Source: an uncultured Candidatus Rokubacteria bacterium
GTDB lineage: Bacteria; Methylomirabilota; Methylomirabilia; Rokubacteriales; CSP1-6
Assembly: GCA_963758635.1 (NCBI GenBank)
Contig: CAVWWD010000003.1
Span: forward strand, 544,001 to 608,000
DNA: 64,000 bases
Direction of reading: 5' to 3'
This document shows, one piece after another, positions 45,584 through 57,232 of the stretch (position 1 is the first letter of the stretch; the number at the start of each line of letters is the position of its first letter). The notes under the pieces are model-generated. The model was not told the DNA's origin. It did no database searches and saw nothing but the letters and a program-made list of their open reading frames with translations. The position numbers and the translations under genes are program-made.

Positions 45584-48551
45584 ATGATCGGGAAGGCAAC
45601 CGCGGTCCTGCTGGCCGCCGCCGCACTGGCGTGGGCCGGCGCGCCCGCGCGCCCCGCCGAGGCCCAGCCACTCAAGAACGTGGGCGACGAGGTGGTGCTC
45701 GGCAAGAACAAGACGGGCGAGGACTGTCGGCTGCGCTTCGTCGGGAGCCAGAGCGGCTCGGACCGCTTCAGCTTGTTCTGCGAGGGCTGGACCCAGTCGA
45801 GCGGCGACATCCGGCGCTTCCGCGCGGGGCCGCAGTTCACGGCCGAGCGCCTGCTCACGGACAGCAGTCTCCAGAAGGGCTTCGAGACCCGCCTGGCCTG
45901 CGGCGCGGTCGAGCCGAGCACCCTGGCCAGCGGCACCGCCGCGGCGCTCCGCGAGTGCAAGCGACTGGACGGCGGCTGGAAGATGCTCGTCGTGGCCGTC
46001 GTGATCCCGGCACGGGCCGTGGGCTACGGGCTCGAGACGTTCCCGACCAACCTCCCGCTCCTCGAGATGGCGGTGGAGGCGCTCGAGGGCAAGCGCCGTC
46101 TCGACCAGCCGGGCACGCCGCCGCTCTCCGCGGCCATCCGGCGCGCGGAGACCATGGTGGGCGCCACCGGGCGCCTCATCGGCATCCAGGACGTGGGCGC
46201 CTACGTGGCGCTGTACCGTCTGGGCGAGGCGCAGAACTGGCAGGCGCACTACCCCGAGTCCGAGGCGTCGTTCCGCCGCCTCCTCGAGATCGAGGAGCGC
46301 CTGCAGGGAAAGAACACCTCGCAGGCCGGCGTCATCCTCGGCTGGATCGCGCTCAACGTGGGCAACCAGTTCCGCTTCGCCGAGGCCGACCAGATCTACG
46401 CCCGCGCCGAGCCCCTCGTGACGGCCTCGCTCGCCTTCGACGACGCTCCGCGGTTCCTCTCCTTCCGCTCTCTCACCGAGCTCCGGCGCGGCAAGCCGGA
46501 GGCGCAGCTCGCCTACGCCGAGGCCGCCATGCGCGCGTACGAGCAGCGTGGAGCCGAGTCCACCGGCGTCGGCTATGGCGCGCTCAACGTGGCCATGGCC
46601 CAGCACGGCCTCAACCGCCTCCCCGAGGCCGAGGCGAACGCCCGGCGCGCCATCGACATCCTGGAGAAGTGGGGCCCGCGGCCGGACTTCCGTCTCTGGT
46701 GGTCGGGCGAGGCGTACATGCACCTCGGCCGCATCCTGACCGACCAGAAGCGTTACGCGGACGCGCGGAAGGCCTTCAACGCCGCGGTCGAGCGGCGGCG
46801 CCTCCAGATGGGCGACTCCGTGCGCACGGACATGACGCTGCGCGAGCTCGGGCGTCTGGGGCTGGTGGAGGGGAACCTGCCCGCCGCCCTCGACGCCTTC
46901 CGCCAGGCGGCCGCGATCGAGATCCTCGACCGGCCCACGCGCGAGCGGACGCGCGCCGACTACCTGGCGGGCTATCTCGACGCGCTGCTGGCCTCGGCGG
47001 CGGCCACCCCCGCGGAACGCGAGACGCTCCACGCCGAGGCGTTCACCGCCGTGCAGATTCCCCGCGGCGGCGAGACGGCCCGCGCCATCAGCAACATGTC
47101 GGCGCGCCTCGACGCGGCCGACCCCGCCATCCGGGCCGTGGCGCGCGAGTACCAGGAGGCCAGCCCGCGAGCGGGACCGGCTGCGGCAGGCGCTGACCGC
47201 GGAGACGATGCGCGAGCCGGCCGAGCGCAAGCCGGGCGCGGAGGAGGCGCTCAAGCGCGACATCCGGGCCGCCGAGGAGAAGGTCGCGCGCCTCGAGGAG
47301 CGCCTGCAGGCCGAGCTGCCTCGTTATGCCCAGCTCACGGCCGCGCGTCCCGTGCCCGCGGCCGAGATCTCGCGGCTCCTGAAACCGGGCGAGGCGATGA
47401 TCGCGTTCCTGCCCACGCGGGAGGCCACCTACGTCGTGGCCCTCCACGGCGGCCGGGCGCACGCGCACCGCGCGGCGATCCCGCTGGCGGATCTCTCCCG
47501 CGCGGTGCATTCGATCCGCGCCACGCTCGAGCCGGCGGACGGCGGCCAGCTGCGCCCGTTCGACACGGCGACGGCCCAGCGTCTGCACGAGCTCCTGCTC
47601 GCTCCGGCGGCCGGGGCGCTGCAGGGGGCGAAGCAACTGGTCGTGGTGCCCGCCGGTCCGCTCCTGAGCCTGCCGCTGGCGCTGCTCGTGACGAAGCCGA
47701 CCGCGGCCAGCGCCGATCCCGCGCAGGTGCCGTGGCTCGCGCGCGACGTGGCGATCAGCACCGTTCCCGCCGTCTCGTCGCTCCGCGAGCTGAGGCAGGT
47801 GGCGCGCGGATCCGCGGCGCCGCGCCCCTTCATCGGCTTCGGCGATCCCGCCTTCGCGGGGGCGCCGGGCGACACGCGCAGCATGAAGGCGATGGCCGAT
47901 CTCTGCCGCGACGGGACGCCGGTGGACGCGGACATGGTGCGCGGGCTCCCGCGGCTTCGCGAGACGGCGCGGGAGCTCACGCTGATCTCACGCGCGCTCG
48001 GCGGCGACCCGGCCAGCGTGGTGCTGGGCGCCGACGCGAGCGAGGCGAAGGTGCGCGCCACCGACCTCGCCCAGTACCGCGTGGTGGCCTTCGCCACGCA
48101 TGGCCTCTTGCCCGGCGAGCTCAAGTGCAAGGCCGAGCCCGCCCTGGCCTTGACGCCACCCGCGACGGCGAGCGGCGCGGATGACGGACTCCTGGACGCG
48201 GGCGAGGTGGCGCAGCTCAAGCTCGACGCCGACTGGGTCGTCCTCTCCGCGTGCAACACCGCCGGACCCGACGGAAAGCTCGGCGGCGAGAGCCTCTCCG
48301 GCTTGGCCCGCGCGTTCTTCTACGCGGGGGCCCGCGCGCTCCTCGTGTCCCACTGGGCGGTGGCCTCGCAGGCCACCGTGGCGCTCACCACCGCGACCTT
48401 CGACGCGCAGGCCAAGGACGCCACGCTCGGCCGCGCGGAGGCTCTCCGCCGGGCCCAGCTCGCCCTGGCCGGCCAGAAGGACACCGCTCACCCGTTCTAC
48501 TGGGCGGCGTTCACGCTAGTGGGCGACGGAGGGGCGCCCGCGCGGCCCTGA
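45584..48551 (+). CDS. Exported TPR + CHAT (caspase-like) protease (frameshift near 47165)
   Basis: Signal peptide MIGKATAVLLAAAALAWAG; TPR helices; FIGFGDP, FATHGLL, VLSACNT, VSHW, HPFYWAAF. Confidence 0.9.
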
Positions 48552-48606
48552 GCCGGGCGGCCGCAGTCAGGCTGGGCGGACGTCGTCGTCCGTGGCGCCC
48601 GGGCGC

Positions 48607-49626
48607 ATGAACGGGGACCTGATGGAGGTCGGCTTCTTCTTCTGGCCCTACGACGTGCCTCTCGTCCGCGCGATGGCGGAGGCGGCCGACCGCCACCGCT
48701 ACGACCTGGTGGGCGTCGCCGATACCCCGGGGAACGCGATGGACCCATGGGTCGCCGCCACGCTGGTGGCGAGCGTGACGCGCCGGGCGCGGGTGGCGCT
48801 CTGCGTGACCAACCTCGTGACCCGGCATCCAGCGGTGTCGGCCGCGGCCATCGCGTCGGTCGACCTCGTCGCGCCGGGGCGGGCCGTGCTCGGGATCGGC
48901 GTGGGGCACAGCGGCACGCGCAACCTCGGCGCGCCCAGCCTGCCCGCCGGCGAGCTGGCCGAGGGCGTCACGTTCGTCAAGGAGCTCCTGCGCGGGCGCC
49001 CGGCGACCTTTCGGGGCGCCTCCGCGCACCTGCCGTGGGTGGCGCGGCCGAGCCCGGTGTTCCTGGCCGCGTCGCATCCGCGCTCGCTCCGGGCTGCCGG
49101 CGCCGCCGCCGACGGCGTCTTCGTCAACTACGGCCTCGGCGCGGAGAACGTCGCCGAGTCGCAGGGGATCGTGGCGGATGCGGCACGCGTCGCCGGGCGG
49201 GCGCCCGGCAACGTCGAGACGTGGCAGATCGCGTGCCTCGACTGCCACGACGACGGGGACGTGGCGCGAAGCAAGGTCGGCGCGATTCTCGCCTTCGTCT
49301 CCGCCTACGTGATGGGGGCGGGCGATCTGGCGCGCCGGGGCGTCCCCGCGGAGCATCGCGAGCCCCTGCGCGAGCTGCGCCGGCGCTACAGCACCCGACC
49401 CGGTGAGGCGGACGCGGCCCTGGTCAGGGAGCTCGGCCTCTTCGACTACCTGTCGCGCCGGCTCGCCGTCTGCGGCACGCCCGACGAGTGCCTCGCGCAG
49501 GTCCGCGCGGCACGAGCGGCCGGCGCGGAGCGGCTGATGTTCACCGTGAGCCTGGCCGCCGATCCCGTGCGCGCGGTGACGCTGTTCGGCGAGCGCGTCC
49601 TTCCCGCCATCCGCGCCGGCGTCTGA
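48607..49626 (+). CDS. LLM class flavin-dependent oxidoreductase
   Basis: DPWV...VTNLVTRHPAVSA, GRAVLGIGVG, FLAASHPRSL...ADGV. Confidence 0.88.
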   Translation: MNGDLMEVGFFFWPYDVPLVRAMAEAADRHRYDLVGVADTPGNAMDPWVAATLVASVTRRARVALCVTNLVTRHPAVSAAAIASVDLVAPGRAVLGIGVGHSGTRNLGAPSLPAGELAEGVTFVKELLRGRPATFRGASAHLPWVARPSPVFLAASHPRSLRAAGAAADGVFVNYGLGAENVAESQGIVADAARVAGRAPGNVETWQIACLDCHDDGDVARSKVGAILAFVSAYVMGAGDLARRGVPAEHREPLRELRRRYSTRPGEADAALVRELGLFDYLSRRLAVCGTPDECLAQVRAARAAGAERLMFTVSLAADPVRAVTLFGERVLPAIRAGV

Positions 49627-49701
49627 CCGGCGTCGGGCGGTGTTGTGGAGGATCGCGCGCGTGCGGGACAATGCGTGCGCTCGGTACGGAGGCCGAGGAT
49701 C

Positions 49702-50381
49702 ATGACGGATGCCGGCAATCTGCTTCCCTGCATCGAGATCGAGACGCGTCCTTCGCCCGACGCGAGCGTCGTCTGGCTCCACGGGCTGGGCGCCGACGGG
49801 CACGACTTCGAGCCGATCGTGCCCGAGCTCGGGTTGCCGCGGTCGCTCGGCGTGCGCTTCGTGTTCCCGCACGCGCCCATGCGGCCGGTGACGGTGAACG
49901 CGGGCATGGTGATGCGCGCCTGGTACGACATCCGGATCGAGGGGAACCGGCGGGAGCCGGACATGGGCGGGATGCGCGAGTCCGCCCGGGCCGTCACGGC
50001 CCTCATCCGGCGCGAGCGCGAGCGGGGCGTGACCGCCGAGCGCATCGTGCTGGCCGGCTTCTCTCAGGGCGGCGCGCTGACGCTCTACACGGGGCCTCGC
50101 CATGACGAGCGCCTGGCCGGCCTGATCGCGCTCTCGTGCTCGCTCCCCGCCGCGGACGCGCTCGCCGCGGAGGCGGCGGCGGCCGGGCGCGGCATGAAGG
50201 TGTTCGTCGGCCACGGGAGCGACGACGACCTGGTCCCCGCGGAGCGTGGCCGGCACGCCTCGGAGACCCTCGCGAAGCTGGGCTACGCGGTCACCTGGCG
50301 GGAGTATCCGATCCCGCACTCGGTGAGCGCGCAGGAGATCGCGGAACGTTCTCGGCGTTCCTGCAGGAGTTGCTCAAGTAG
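49702..50381 (+). CDS. Carboxylesterase/phospholipase (alpha/beta hydrolase); frameshift near 3' end
   Basis: WLHGLGADGHDF, MRAWYDI, GFSQGG, HGSDD, PHSV; shifted tail SAFLQELLK* ends at 50381. Confidence 0.9.
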
Positions 50382-50419
50382 GCGGGGGAGGATGATGTGC
50401 TGCGGGTGCTGGGGCTACC

Positions 50420-50461
50420 GCCCCTCACCCTGCCCTCTCCCCCGAGGGGGAGAGGGTGAGG
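50420..50461. repeat. REP-like palindrome (same family as 27551-27685)
   Basis: CCCCTCACCCTGCCCTCTCCCCCGAGGGGGAGAGGGTGAGG between convergent genes. Confidence 0.7.
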
Positions 50462-50476
50462 CGAGGAGCCCGTCGA

Positions 50477-51415
50477 TCAGCGTCCGGCGGTGGCGGGGAC
50501 GCTCTTGCTCCGGTAGATGGCGCTGCGCCACTCGGCGTGGCTCTTGTCGATGCCGCGCACCAGGTCCAGATACGCCTTGGACAGGCGCTGCGTGAGCGGG
50601 CCCGGACGACCGTCGCCGAGCTGGAACCGGTCGATGGAGACGATCGGCGTGATCTCGTAGCCGCTGCCGCAGAAGAACGCCTCTTCGGCCACGTAGATCT
50701 CGGTGCGGTCGATCTCCCGCTCCACCACGCGCTGGCCGAGCGCCCGCGGCACCAGGTCCTCGATGAGCGTGCTGCGCGTGATCGACTCCAGGATGTCCGC
50801 GGACAGCGGCGGCGTCGTCACCTGGCCCTTCCGCACCATGAAGAACGTGGCCCCGCTGCCCTCGGCCACGTGCCCCTGGTTGTTCAGGAAGATCGGGCCG
50901 TCGTACCCGTCGGCCTTCGCCTGGAGGGTGGCGAGCCGGCCGTTCTGGTAGTTCGAGCCGCTCTTGAGCCGGATGGGGATGGCGTTGTCCGACGTGCGCA
51001 CCCACGAGCTGACGCAGCAGCGGATGCCCGCGTCGTTGACGCGCGCGCGCCGGCGCGGGTTGATGTAGAGCCCGGTCGGCTCGGTGGCGTCCAGCCCCAC
51101 GCCGGCCACGTACGCGACCAGGTGCATGTGGATGTCCTCGCGGAACTGGTTGCCGGAGAGGAGCTCGCGCACCGCGGCGTGGAGATCGTCGTCGGTGTAG
51201 GGGACGGTGAACCGCATCATCTTCATGGACTCGCGGATGCGGGCGAAGTGCTCGGCCAGCCGGAAGCAGTACAGCTCCTCGTCGGCGGGGTTCCAGTACG
51301 CCCGGATGCCCTCGAACACGTTCGTGGCGTAGAAGACCGCCGCGCTGTTCACGGGCAGCTTCGCTTCGGGCTCGGGGACGAGGCTGCCGTTCATCCAGAT
51401 CTTGACCGTGCTCAT
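50477..51415 (-). CDS. ilvE: Branched-chain amino acid aminotransferase (class IV PLP)
   Basis: VFEGIRAY, FRLAEHFAR, VAEGSGA, ILESITR, EEAFFCGS. Confidence 0.88.
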   Translation of the reverse strand: MSTVKIWMNGSLVPEPEAKLPVNSAAVFYATNVFEGIRAYWNPADEELYCFRLAEHFARIRESMKMMRFTVPYTDDDLHAAVRELLSGNQFREDIHMHLVAYVAGVGLDATEPTGLYINPRRRARVNDAGIRCCVSSWVRTSDNAIPIRLKSGSNYQNGRLATLQAKADGYDGPIFLNNQGHVAEGSGATFFMVRKGQVTTPPLSADILESITRSTLIEDLVPRALGQRVVEREIDRTEIYVAEEAFFCGSGYEITPIVSIDRFQLGDGRPGPLTQRLSKAYLDLVRGIDKSHAEWRSAIYRSKSVPATAGR

Positions 51416-51562
51416 CGTTCCTCCTTGGGCGCGGCCCGTCCGGGCGCGCGCGGGGTTCCGTCGACCGACCGCCCTACGTTACGGCTGGTCGGACCACGTT
51501 GTCAAAAGCGCTCTTGGGCGTGTTTCGGCCCATCTGGCATCTCGCGCGTTGGTACATACAGC

Positions 51563-51703
51563 ATGAGCGAGCGGCAACGAAAGGGTAAGTTCCGGCTGCG
51601 AAAGGCGTCGTTCAAGGGAACCGGCCTGCATCCTGACGTTGCCGTGCCTCCTGGGAGCAGATCCGGCCAGGATCTACAAGCGCGTGCCACGTCAGCCGAG
51701 TAG
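51563..51703 (+). pseudogene. Degenerate type II antitoxin (VapB-like) remnant
   Basis: ERQRKGKFRLRKASFKGTGLHPDVA, then shifted SWEQIR...IY; no toxin gene follows. Confidence 0.4.
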
Positions 51704-52878
51704 GACGACACGAAAGTCCCGCTGACCCCGGCGCCGGCGAAGCGGGCCAGGCGGAAGGGCGCGAGGCTCACCGGGGGCGTCGCGCCGGTGACGCGGGCGG
51801 CCATCATCTCGCCCACGGCGGGGGCCAGCTTGAACCCGTGGCCGGACATGCCGGCGGCCACGAAGAGGCCGGCCACCGGCGTCTCGTCGAGGATCGGCAT
51901 CCAGTCGGGCGTGATGTCGAAGGCGCCCGCGTAGCTCGTGTGGAGCCGCGCGTCGGCCAGCTTCGGCACCGCGCGCGCCGTTCGCTCGAGCGCCTCGGTG
52001 GCCTCCCCGAAGCCGGCCTCGCTGCCCAGGAGCTCCGGGTCCATCGGGTGCTGGGTCTCGTCGTCCGTCAGCGAGCCGGTGAGGGTCAGGCCGCCGGTCT
52101 CGGGCCTCACGTAGCTCCCGCCCGCCAGGTCGAGGTACACGGTATGGGGAGGTCCGAAGTCCGCGCTGCGCTCCAGGACGAACACGGGGTGGCGCCCGAT
52201 CATGATCGGCAGCTCGACGGCGGCCAGCGCGGCCACGGCCGGCGCCCAGAGGCCGGCGGCGTTGATCACGACCGGCGCGTCGATCGTCTCTCCCGAGCGG
52301 AGCGTCACGCCGGCCACCCGGTCGCCGTGGCGACGGATGGCCGTCACCTCCGCTCCCTGCTCGATCGTCACGCCGCGCTTCCGCGCCGCCTCGGCGTAGC
52401 CGGCGGTGACCGCCGAGGGATCGCCGTAGCCGGACTCGGGCTCGTGGAGCACCGCGCCGAGGCCGGCGGGATCGATGCGGGGCTCCACGCGCGCCACGTC
52501 GGCGGGATCGAGGATCGAGGCGCGGATGCCGAGGGACTGCTGGAGCGAGAGCGTCCTCTCGAGCGTGGGCCGCATCGCGGCGGACACGCCGATCAGGACG
52601 CCGCAGCCGACGTACCCGGAGTGGCCCGCCACCGCCTCGCCGAAGCGCTGGAACACGCGGAGCGAGCGCAGCACCATCTGGCTCGTCTCCGGCGTGGGAT
52701 AGAGCTGCCGGATGATGCCCACCGAGCGTCCCGTGCCGCCGGCGCCGAGGAACTTCCGCTCGAGCACCACGATGCGGCCGGCGCGGAGGCCGGCCAGGTG
52801 GAAGGCGATGGAGACGCCCGTCACGCCGCCGCCGATGATCACCACGTCGGCGGCGCGAGGCAGCCCGCCCGGGGTCAT
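51692..52878 (-). CDS. FAD-dependent oxidoreductase (sarcosine oxidase beta/DAO family)
   Basis: IIGGGVTG, GTGRSVGIIR, DITPDWMPILD, GMSGHGFKLAPAVG; probable one-base slip before the stop at 51692. Confidence 0.9.
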
Positions 52879-53345
52879 GGAAGGAGGCGGATGGGATCGC
52901 CCGCGCGGATCCCGCCCGGGCGCAGCACGCGCGCGTACACTCGGCTGTCGCCGGGGTTCTGCTTCTGGGAGACGCGCGCGAAGTCGCCGTTCTTGAACGC
53001 GGCCTTGATCTTGAAGCACGGCGACGTGTAGCGAGTGACCTCGACCAGCACCTCGTCACCCAGGGCGAGACGGGCGCCGGGCACGACCGCGCTCCAGTCG
53101 ATGCCGGCCACGGTGATGTTCTCGCCGATGGCGCCGGGGACGATCGCGTGGCCCTCGGCCTGGAGCGCGTGGATGCGCTCGAGGGGGAAGAGGCAGACGG
53201 CCCGCTCCGGGCCGCCGTGGTATCGGAGGTCGCGCTGCTGATCGCCTTGCACGCCGAGCGTGGTCACCCGGGCCTCGGGGACCGGCAGCTTCGGTACGCC
53301 GCCACCGGACACGTTGATCTGCGCGATCTTCCCGATCGCACTCAC
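52875..53345 (-). CDS. MOSC domain protein (YiiM-like)
   Basis: INVSGGGVPK, HGGPERAV, GENIT, SPCFKI, YARVLRPG. Confidence 0.9.
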   Translation of the reverse strand: MSAIGKIAQINVSGGGVPKLPVPEARVTTLGVQGDQQRDLRYHGGPERAVCLFPLERIHALQAEGHAIVPGAIGENITVAGIDWSAVVPGARLALGDEVLVEVTRYTSPCFKIKAAFKNGDFARVSQKQNPGDSRVYARVLRPGGIRAGDPIRLLP

Positions 53346-53412
53346 CGCCGCGCCCGTCTGCCGATCTGCCTCGGCGCTCACAGCCGCACCCGCCGGCCGA
53401 TGTTTCTCACGC

Positions 53413-54387
53413 TCACAACCGCACCCGCCGGCCCATGTTCCTCGCCATGGCCCGATCATACGCGAGCCGCGCGGTGGCGGCGTCCTCGGCGGCCCAGCCC
53501 ACGGACTTGAAGAGCGTGATCTCGCGATCGGAGCGGCGGCCCGGCTTCCGGCCACTGACCACCTCGGCGAGCTCGGCGACCACGTGCCGGCGCGGGAGCG
53601 CGCCCGCGCGGATGGGGATGAGCACGTCGCCCGCCTCCGTCCACGCGCCCTCGTACGTGTCCACCACCACGCGGGCGCGCCGCACGCCCTCCGTATCCAC
53701 CTCGCGCGCGTGGGGCAGGAAATTGCCGACCGCGTCCACGTGAGCGCCCGGGCGGAGATCGCGGCCCCTGAACACGGGCGTGGTGGCCGTGGTGGCGCAC
53801 ACCACCACGTCGGCGTCGCGGACGGCGGCGCTCCGATCAGTCGTGACCGTGACGGGCACGCGGAGCGCGCGACGCATGCGCGCGGCGAAGTCGCGGGCGC
53901 GCGCCGGGCTCCGGCCCACGACGGTGACGCGGTCGATCGGCCGCACCGCCTGCAGGCAGCGGAGCTGGAACTCCGCTTGCACCCCGGCGCCGAAGCAGGC
54001 GACGGAACGCGCGGCGGCGCGCGCGAGATGACGGGAGGCCAGCGCGGAGGCGGCGCCGGTGCGGATGGCGGTGAGGAAGCCGGCTTCCATGAGGGCCAGC
54101 GGCACGCCGGTGGTGGCATCCGTGAGCAGGTACGAGCCATGGATCGTGGGGAGGCGCCGCGCCTTGTTGCCGGGCACCCAGGTCACGAGCTTGGTGCCGA
54201 GCGTGCGACGTCGGGAAAGGCTCGCCACCATGGAGAGGAAGATGCCGCCGCCCGTCATCGGGAGCATGGCCCGGGGCAGCGCGCGCACCTGGCCCGCGGC
54301 CGCCTCCTGGAAGGCGGTCTCCACCGCGCCGATCACGTCGGCGGGTGACAGGAGGCGCTGGAGGTCCCGGCGCGTCAGGATCAGCAC
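53413..54387 (-). CDS. Ornithine cyclodeaminase/mu-crystallin family protein
   Basis: LTAIRTGAAS, FGAGVQA, ADVVVCAT, LFKSVGWA. Confidence 0.92.
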   Translation of the reverse strand: MLILTRRDLQRLLSPADVIGAVETAFQEAAAGQVRALPRAMLPMTGGGIFLSMVASLSRRRTLGTKLVTWVPGNKARRLPTIHGSYLLTDATTGVPLALMEAGFLTAIRTGAASALASRHLARAAARSVACFGAGVQAEFQLRCLQAVRPIDRVTVVGRSPARARDFAARMRRALRVPVTVTTDRSAAVRDADVVVCATTATTPVFRGRDLRPGAHVDAVGNFLPHAREVDTEGVRRARVVVDTYEGAWTEAGDVLIPIRAGALPRRHVVAELAEVVSGRKPGRRSDREITLFKSVGWAAEDAATARLAYDRAMARNMGRRVRL

Positions 54388-54425
54388 GATGTCAGCCCCC
54401 CAGGCAGGCCACGATCGGCACGCGC

Positions 54426-55130
54426 TCAGCCTTCCCCGAGGTAGGCACGGCGCACCTCGGGGTTGTCGGCCAGCTCGCGCGCCGCGCCCTCCAGCACGAT
54501 GCCGCCCGTCTCCAGCACGTACCCGCGCCCGGCGATGGCCAGCGCCATCGCGGCGTTCTGCTCCACGAGCAGGATCGTGACGCCCTGGCGGTTGATGTCC
54601 TGGACCGTGTCGAAGATCTGCTCGACGATGACCGGGGCCAGGCCCATCGACGGCTCATCCAGCAGGAGGAGCCGCGGCCGCGCCATCAGCGCGCGCCCGA
54701 TGGCCAGCATCTGCTGCTCGCCGCCGGAGAGCGTGCCCGCGACCTGCACGCGGCGCTCCTTGAGCCGCGGGAAGATGGAGAACACCCGCTCCATGTCCGC
54801 GCCCACCTCGGGGTCGGCGCGGGTGTAGGCGCCCATCTCGAGATTTTCCACCACGGTGAGCCGGTTGAAGATCCGGCGGCCCTCGGGGACGTGGGTGATG
54901 CCGCGCGCCACGATGGCATGGGCGGGCACGCCGACCAGCGACACGCCCTCCAGCGTCACCTCGCCCGCGCGCGGGCCGAGGAGCCCGGAGAGCGTGCGGA
55001 GCGTCGTGGTCTTGCCCGCGCCGTTGTTCCCGAGGAGCGCGACGATCTCGCCCTGTCCCACGCGGAACGTGACGCCCTTGAGGGCGTGGATCTCGCCGTA
55101 GTAGACGTGCAGGTCGCGGACGTCGAGCAT
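54426..55130 (-). CDS. livF: Branched-chain amino acid ABC transporter ATPase
   Basis: GNNGAGKT, VPEGRRIF, LSGGEQQM, LLLDEPSMGLAP. Confidence 0.95.
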   Translation of the reverse strand: MLDVRDLHVYYGEIHALKGVTFRVGQGEIVALLGNNGAGKTTTLRTLSGLLGPRAGEVTLEGVSLVGVPAHAIVARGITHVPEGRRIFNRLTVVENLEMGAYTRADPEVGADMERVFSIFPRLKERRVQVAGTLSGGEQQMLAIGRALMARPRLLLLDEPSMGLAPVIVEQIFDTVQDINRQGVTILLVEQNAAMALAIAGRGYVLETGGIVLEGAARELADNPEVRRAYLGEG

Positions 55131-55138
55131 GGCGCGCG

Positions 55139-55927
55139 TCACCCCGTCCCCGCCGTGCCGACCCGCCGGCGGCCCAGGTACGCCTCGATCACGCGGGGGT
55201 TCCGCTGCACGTCCGCGGGGCGGCCCTCGGCGATCTTCTGGCCGTAGTCCAGCACCGTCACGTGGTCCGACACCTCCATGACCACGCGCATGTTGTGCTC
55301 GATCAGGAGGATCGTGACCCCGCGCTCGCGCACGAGCACGCGCAGGAGGTCCATGAGGCTCCGCGCCTCGCCCTGCGTCATGCCCGCGGTGGGCTCGTCG
55401 AGGAGCAGGAGCGCGGGCTCGGAGGCGAGCGCGCGGCCCAGCTCGAGGCGCCGCTGGTCGCCGTACGGCAGGTTCCGGGCGAGCGCGTTGGCCTTGTCGC
55501 GGAGGCCGACCACGCTCAGGATCTCGGCGGCCCGCGTCCAGAGCCGCTGCTCCTCGCCGTGCCACTTCGGACCGCGGGCCAGCACCTGCCAGAGCCCGAG
55601 CGGCACACGGCTGTGCATGCCCACCAGCACGTTCTCCGCTGCCGTCATGTTCGCGAAGAGGCGGATGTTCTGGAACGTGCGGCAGATGCCGAGCGCGGTG
55701 ATCTGGTCCGGCCGTCGCCCGATCACCGGCTGGCCGCGGAACGTGACGGCGCCGGCCTCCGGCACGTAGATCCCGGTGAAGACGTTGAAGAACGTCGTCT
55801 TGCCCGCGCCGTTGGGGCCGATGATCGACGCGATGTGCCCCTCGTCGAGCGTGAAGTCCACCTCGTCCAGCGCGGTGAGGCCGCCGAACCGCTTGGAGAC
55901 GCCCCTGGCCTCGAGGAGGACGGCCAT
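55139..55927 (-). CDS. livG: Branched-chain amino acid ABC transporter ATPase
   Basis: GPNGAGKT, RTFQNIRLF, LPYGDQRRLE, LLDEPTAGM. Confidence 0.95.
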   Translation of the reverse strand: MAVLLEARGVSKRFGGLTALDEVDFTLDEGHIASIIGPNGAGKTTFFNVFTGIYVPEAGAVTFRGQPVIGRRPDQITALGICRTFQNIRLFANMTAAENVLVGMHSRVPLGLWQVLARGPKWHGEEQRLWTRAAEILSVVGLRDKANALARNLPYGDQRRLELGRALASEPALLLLDEPTAGMTQGEARSLMDLLRVLVRERGVTILLIEHNMRVVMEVSDHVTVLDYGQKIAEGRPADVQRNPRVIEAYLGRRRVGTAGTG

Positions 55928-57210
55928 CAGGACGCGGGCGGGCCGCCCGCGGGCCCGTCGGTCAGCTCGCGATGGCGGCGCCGGGCGGGGAGGATGCCGG
56001 CGGGACGGAAGATCATCATCACCACGAGGATCAGGCCGAACACCATGCGCTCGTACTTGGCCGGCTCGAGCTGCGTGGGGAGGTTGGCGAGGCTCCAGCC
56101 GAAGATGGTCACGCCGGCGTTCCTGAGCTCGTTGAGCCAGAGCGAGAGGCCCTTCAGGACCTGGAGGTTCAGCACCGTCACCACGGTGGCGCCGAGCACG
56201 GCGCCGGGGATGGATCCCATGCCGCCCAGGATGACCATGGCGAGGACGCCGATCGACTCCATGAACGTGAACGACTCCGGGTTGATGAACACCTGCTTGG
56301 CCGAGAAGAGCACGCCCACCGCGCCCGCGAACGACGCCCCGCACGCGAAGGCCAGGAGCTTGGTGCGCACGAGGGGCACGCCCATCGCCTGGGCGGCGGT
56401 CTGATCCTCGCGGATCGCCTCCCAGGCGCGGCCGATGTGCGAGTCCTCCAGGCGCCGGTTCACGAGGATCGTGACCCCGACGATCACGAGCACGAGGAAG
56501 TAGAGGTAGAGCGGGATAGATCACGTTGGGGTTCGGGTCGATGCCGAGCGCCTGCAGCAACGGCGCGAAGAAGATGGGCGGGCGGGAGATGGGCGTGATG
56601 CCCTTCGGGCCCGTTGGTGAAGTTGATCGGCTTGTCGAGGTTGTTGGCGAGGACGCGGATCACCTCGCCGAAGCCCAGCGTGACGATCGCCAGGTAGTCG
56701 CCGTGGAGGCGGAGCACGGGCAGGCCCAGCAGGATGCCCGCGCCCGCGGCCACGCCGATGCCGACCAGCAGGAACACGAAGAACCACGCGGGCGACAGCG
56801 GGAAGAATGTGCCCCCGGCGATCTGGTTCGCCTGGGGCGAGCCGAACACCGCCCACGAGTAGGCGCCGACGGCGAAGAAGGCGACGTAGCCCAGGTCGAG
56901 GAGCCCGGCGAGGCCCACCACGATGTTGAGGCCCAGCGCGAGGGCCACGAAGATGCCCACCTGGATGGCGATCTCCAGGTAGTAGCCGTTGATCGAGCCC
57001 AGGACCGGCATGAGCACGCCCAGGGTGGCCACGGCCATGAGCGTCTTGAGCCGGCCCGGGATGTTCGCGAAGTAGAGGAGGAGGATCGAGGCCTGGAACA
57101 GCATGAAGACCACGATCGAGCGCGGGAAGTGGGCCACGCCGTAGGAGGTCATGGCGATGGCGGCGACGGTGATCGCCAGGGCGGAGAGCGGACGACCGAG
57201 GAGGTTTCAT
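55927..57210 (-). CDS. livM: Branched-chain amino acid ABC transporter permease (frameshifted)
   Basis: [42 protein letters not shown], split over three or more frames. Confidence 0.9.
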
Positions 57211-57232
57211 GTGCGTCTGCGGTCAGGCGTTC

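Noticed and set aside
43052..48184. 1710-aa ORF as a single protein
   Set aside because: A chance join: off-frame cyclase sequence, the 5' part of the 44570 gene and the 5' part of the CHAT gene.
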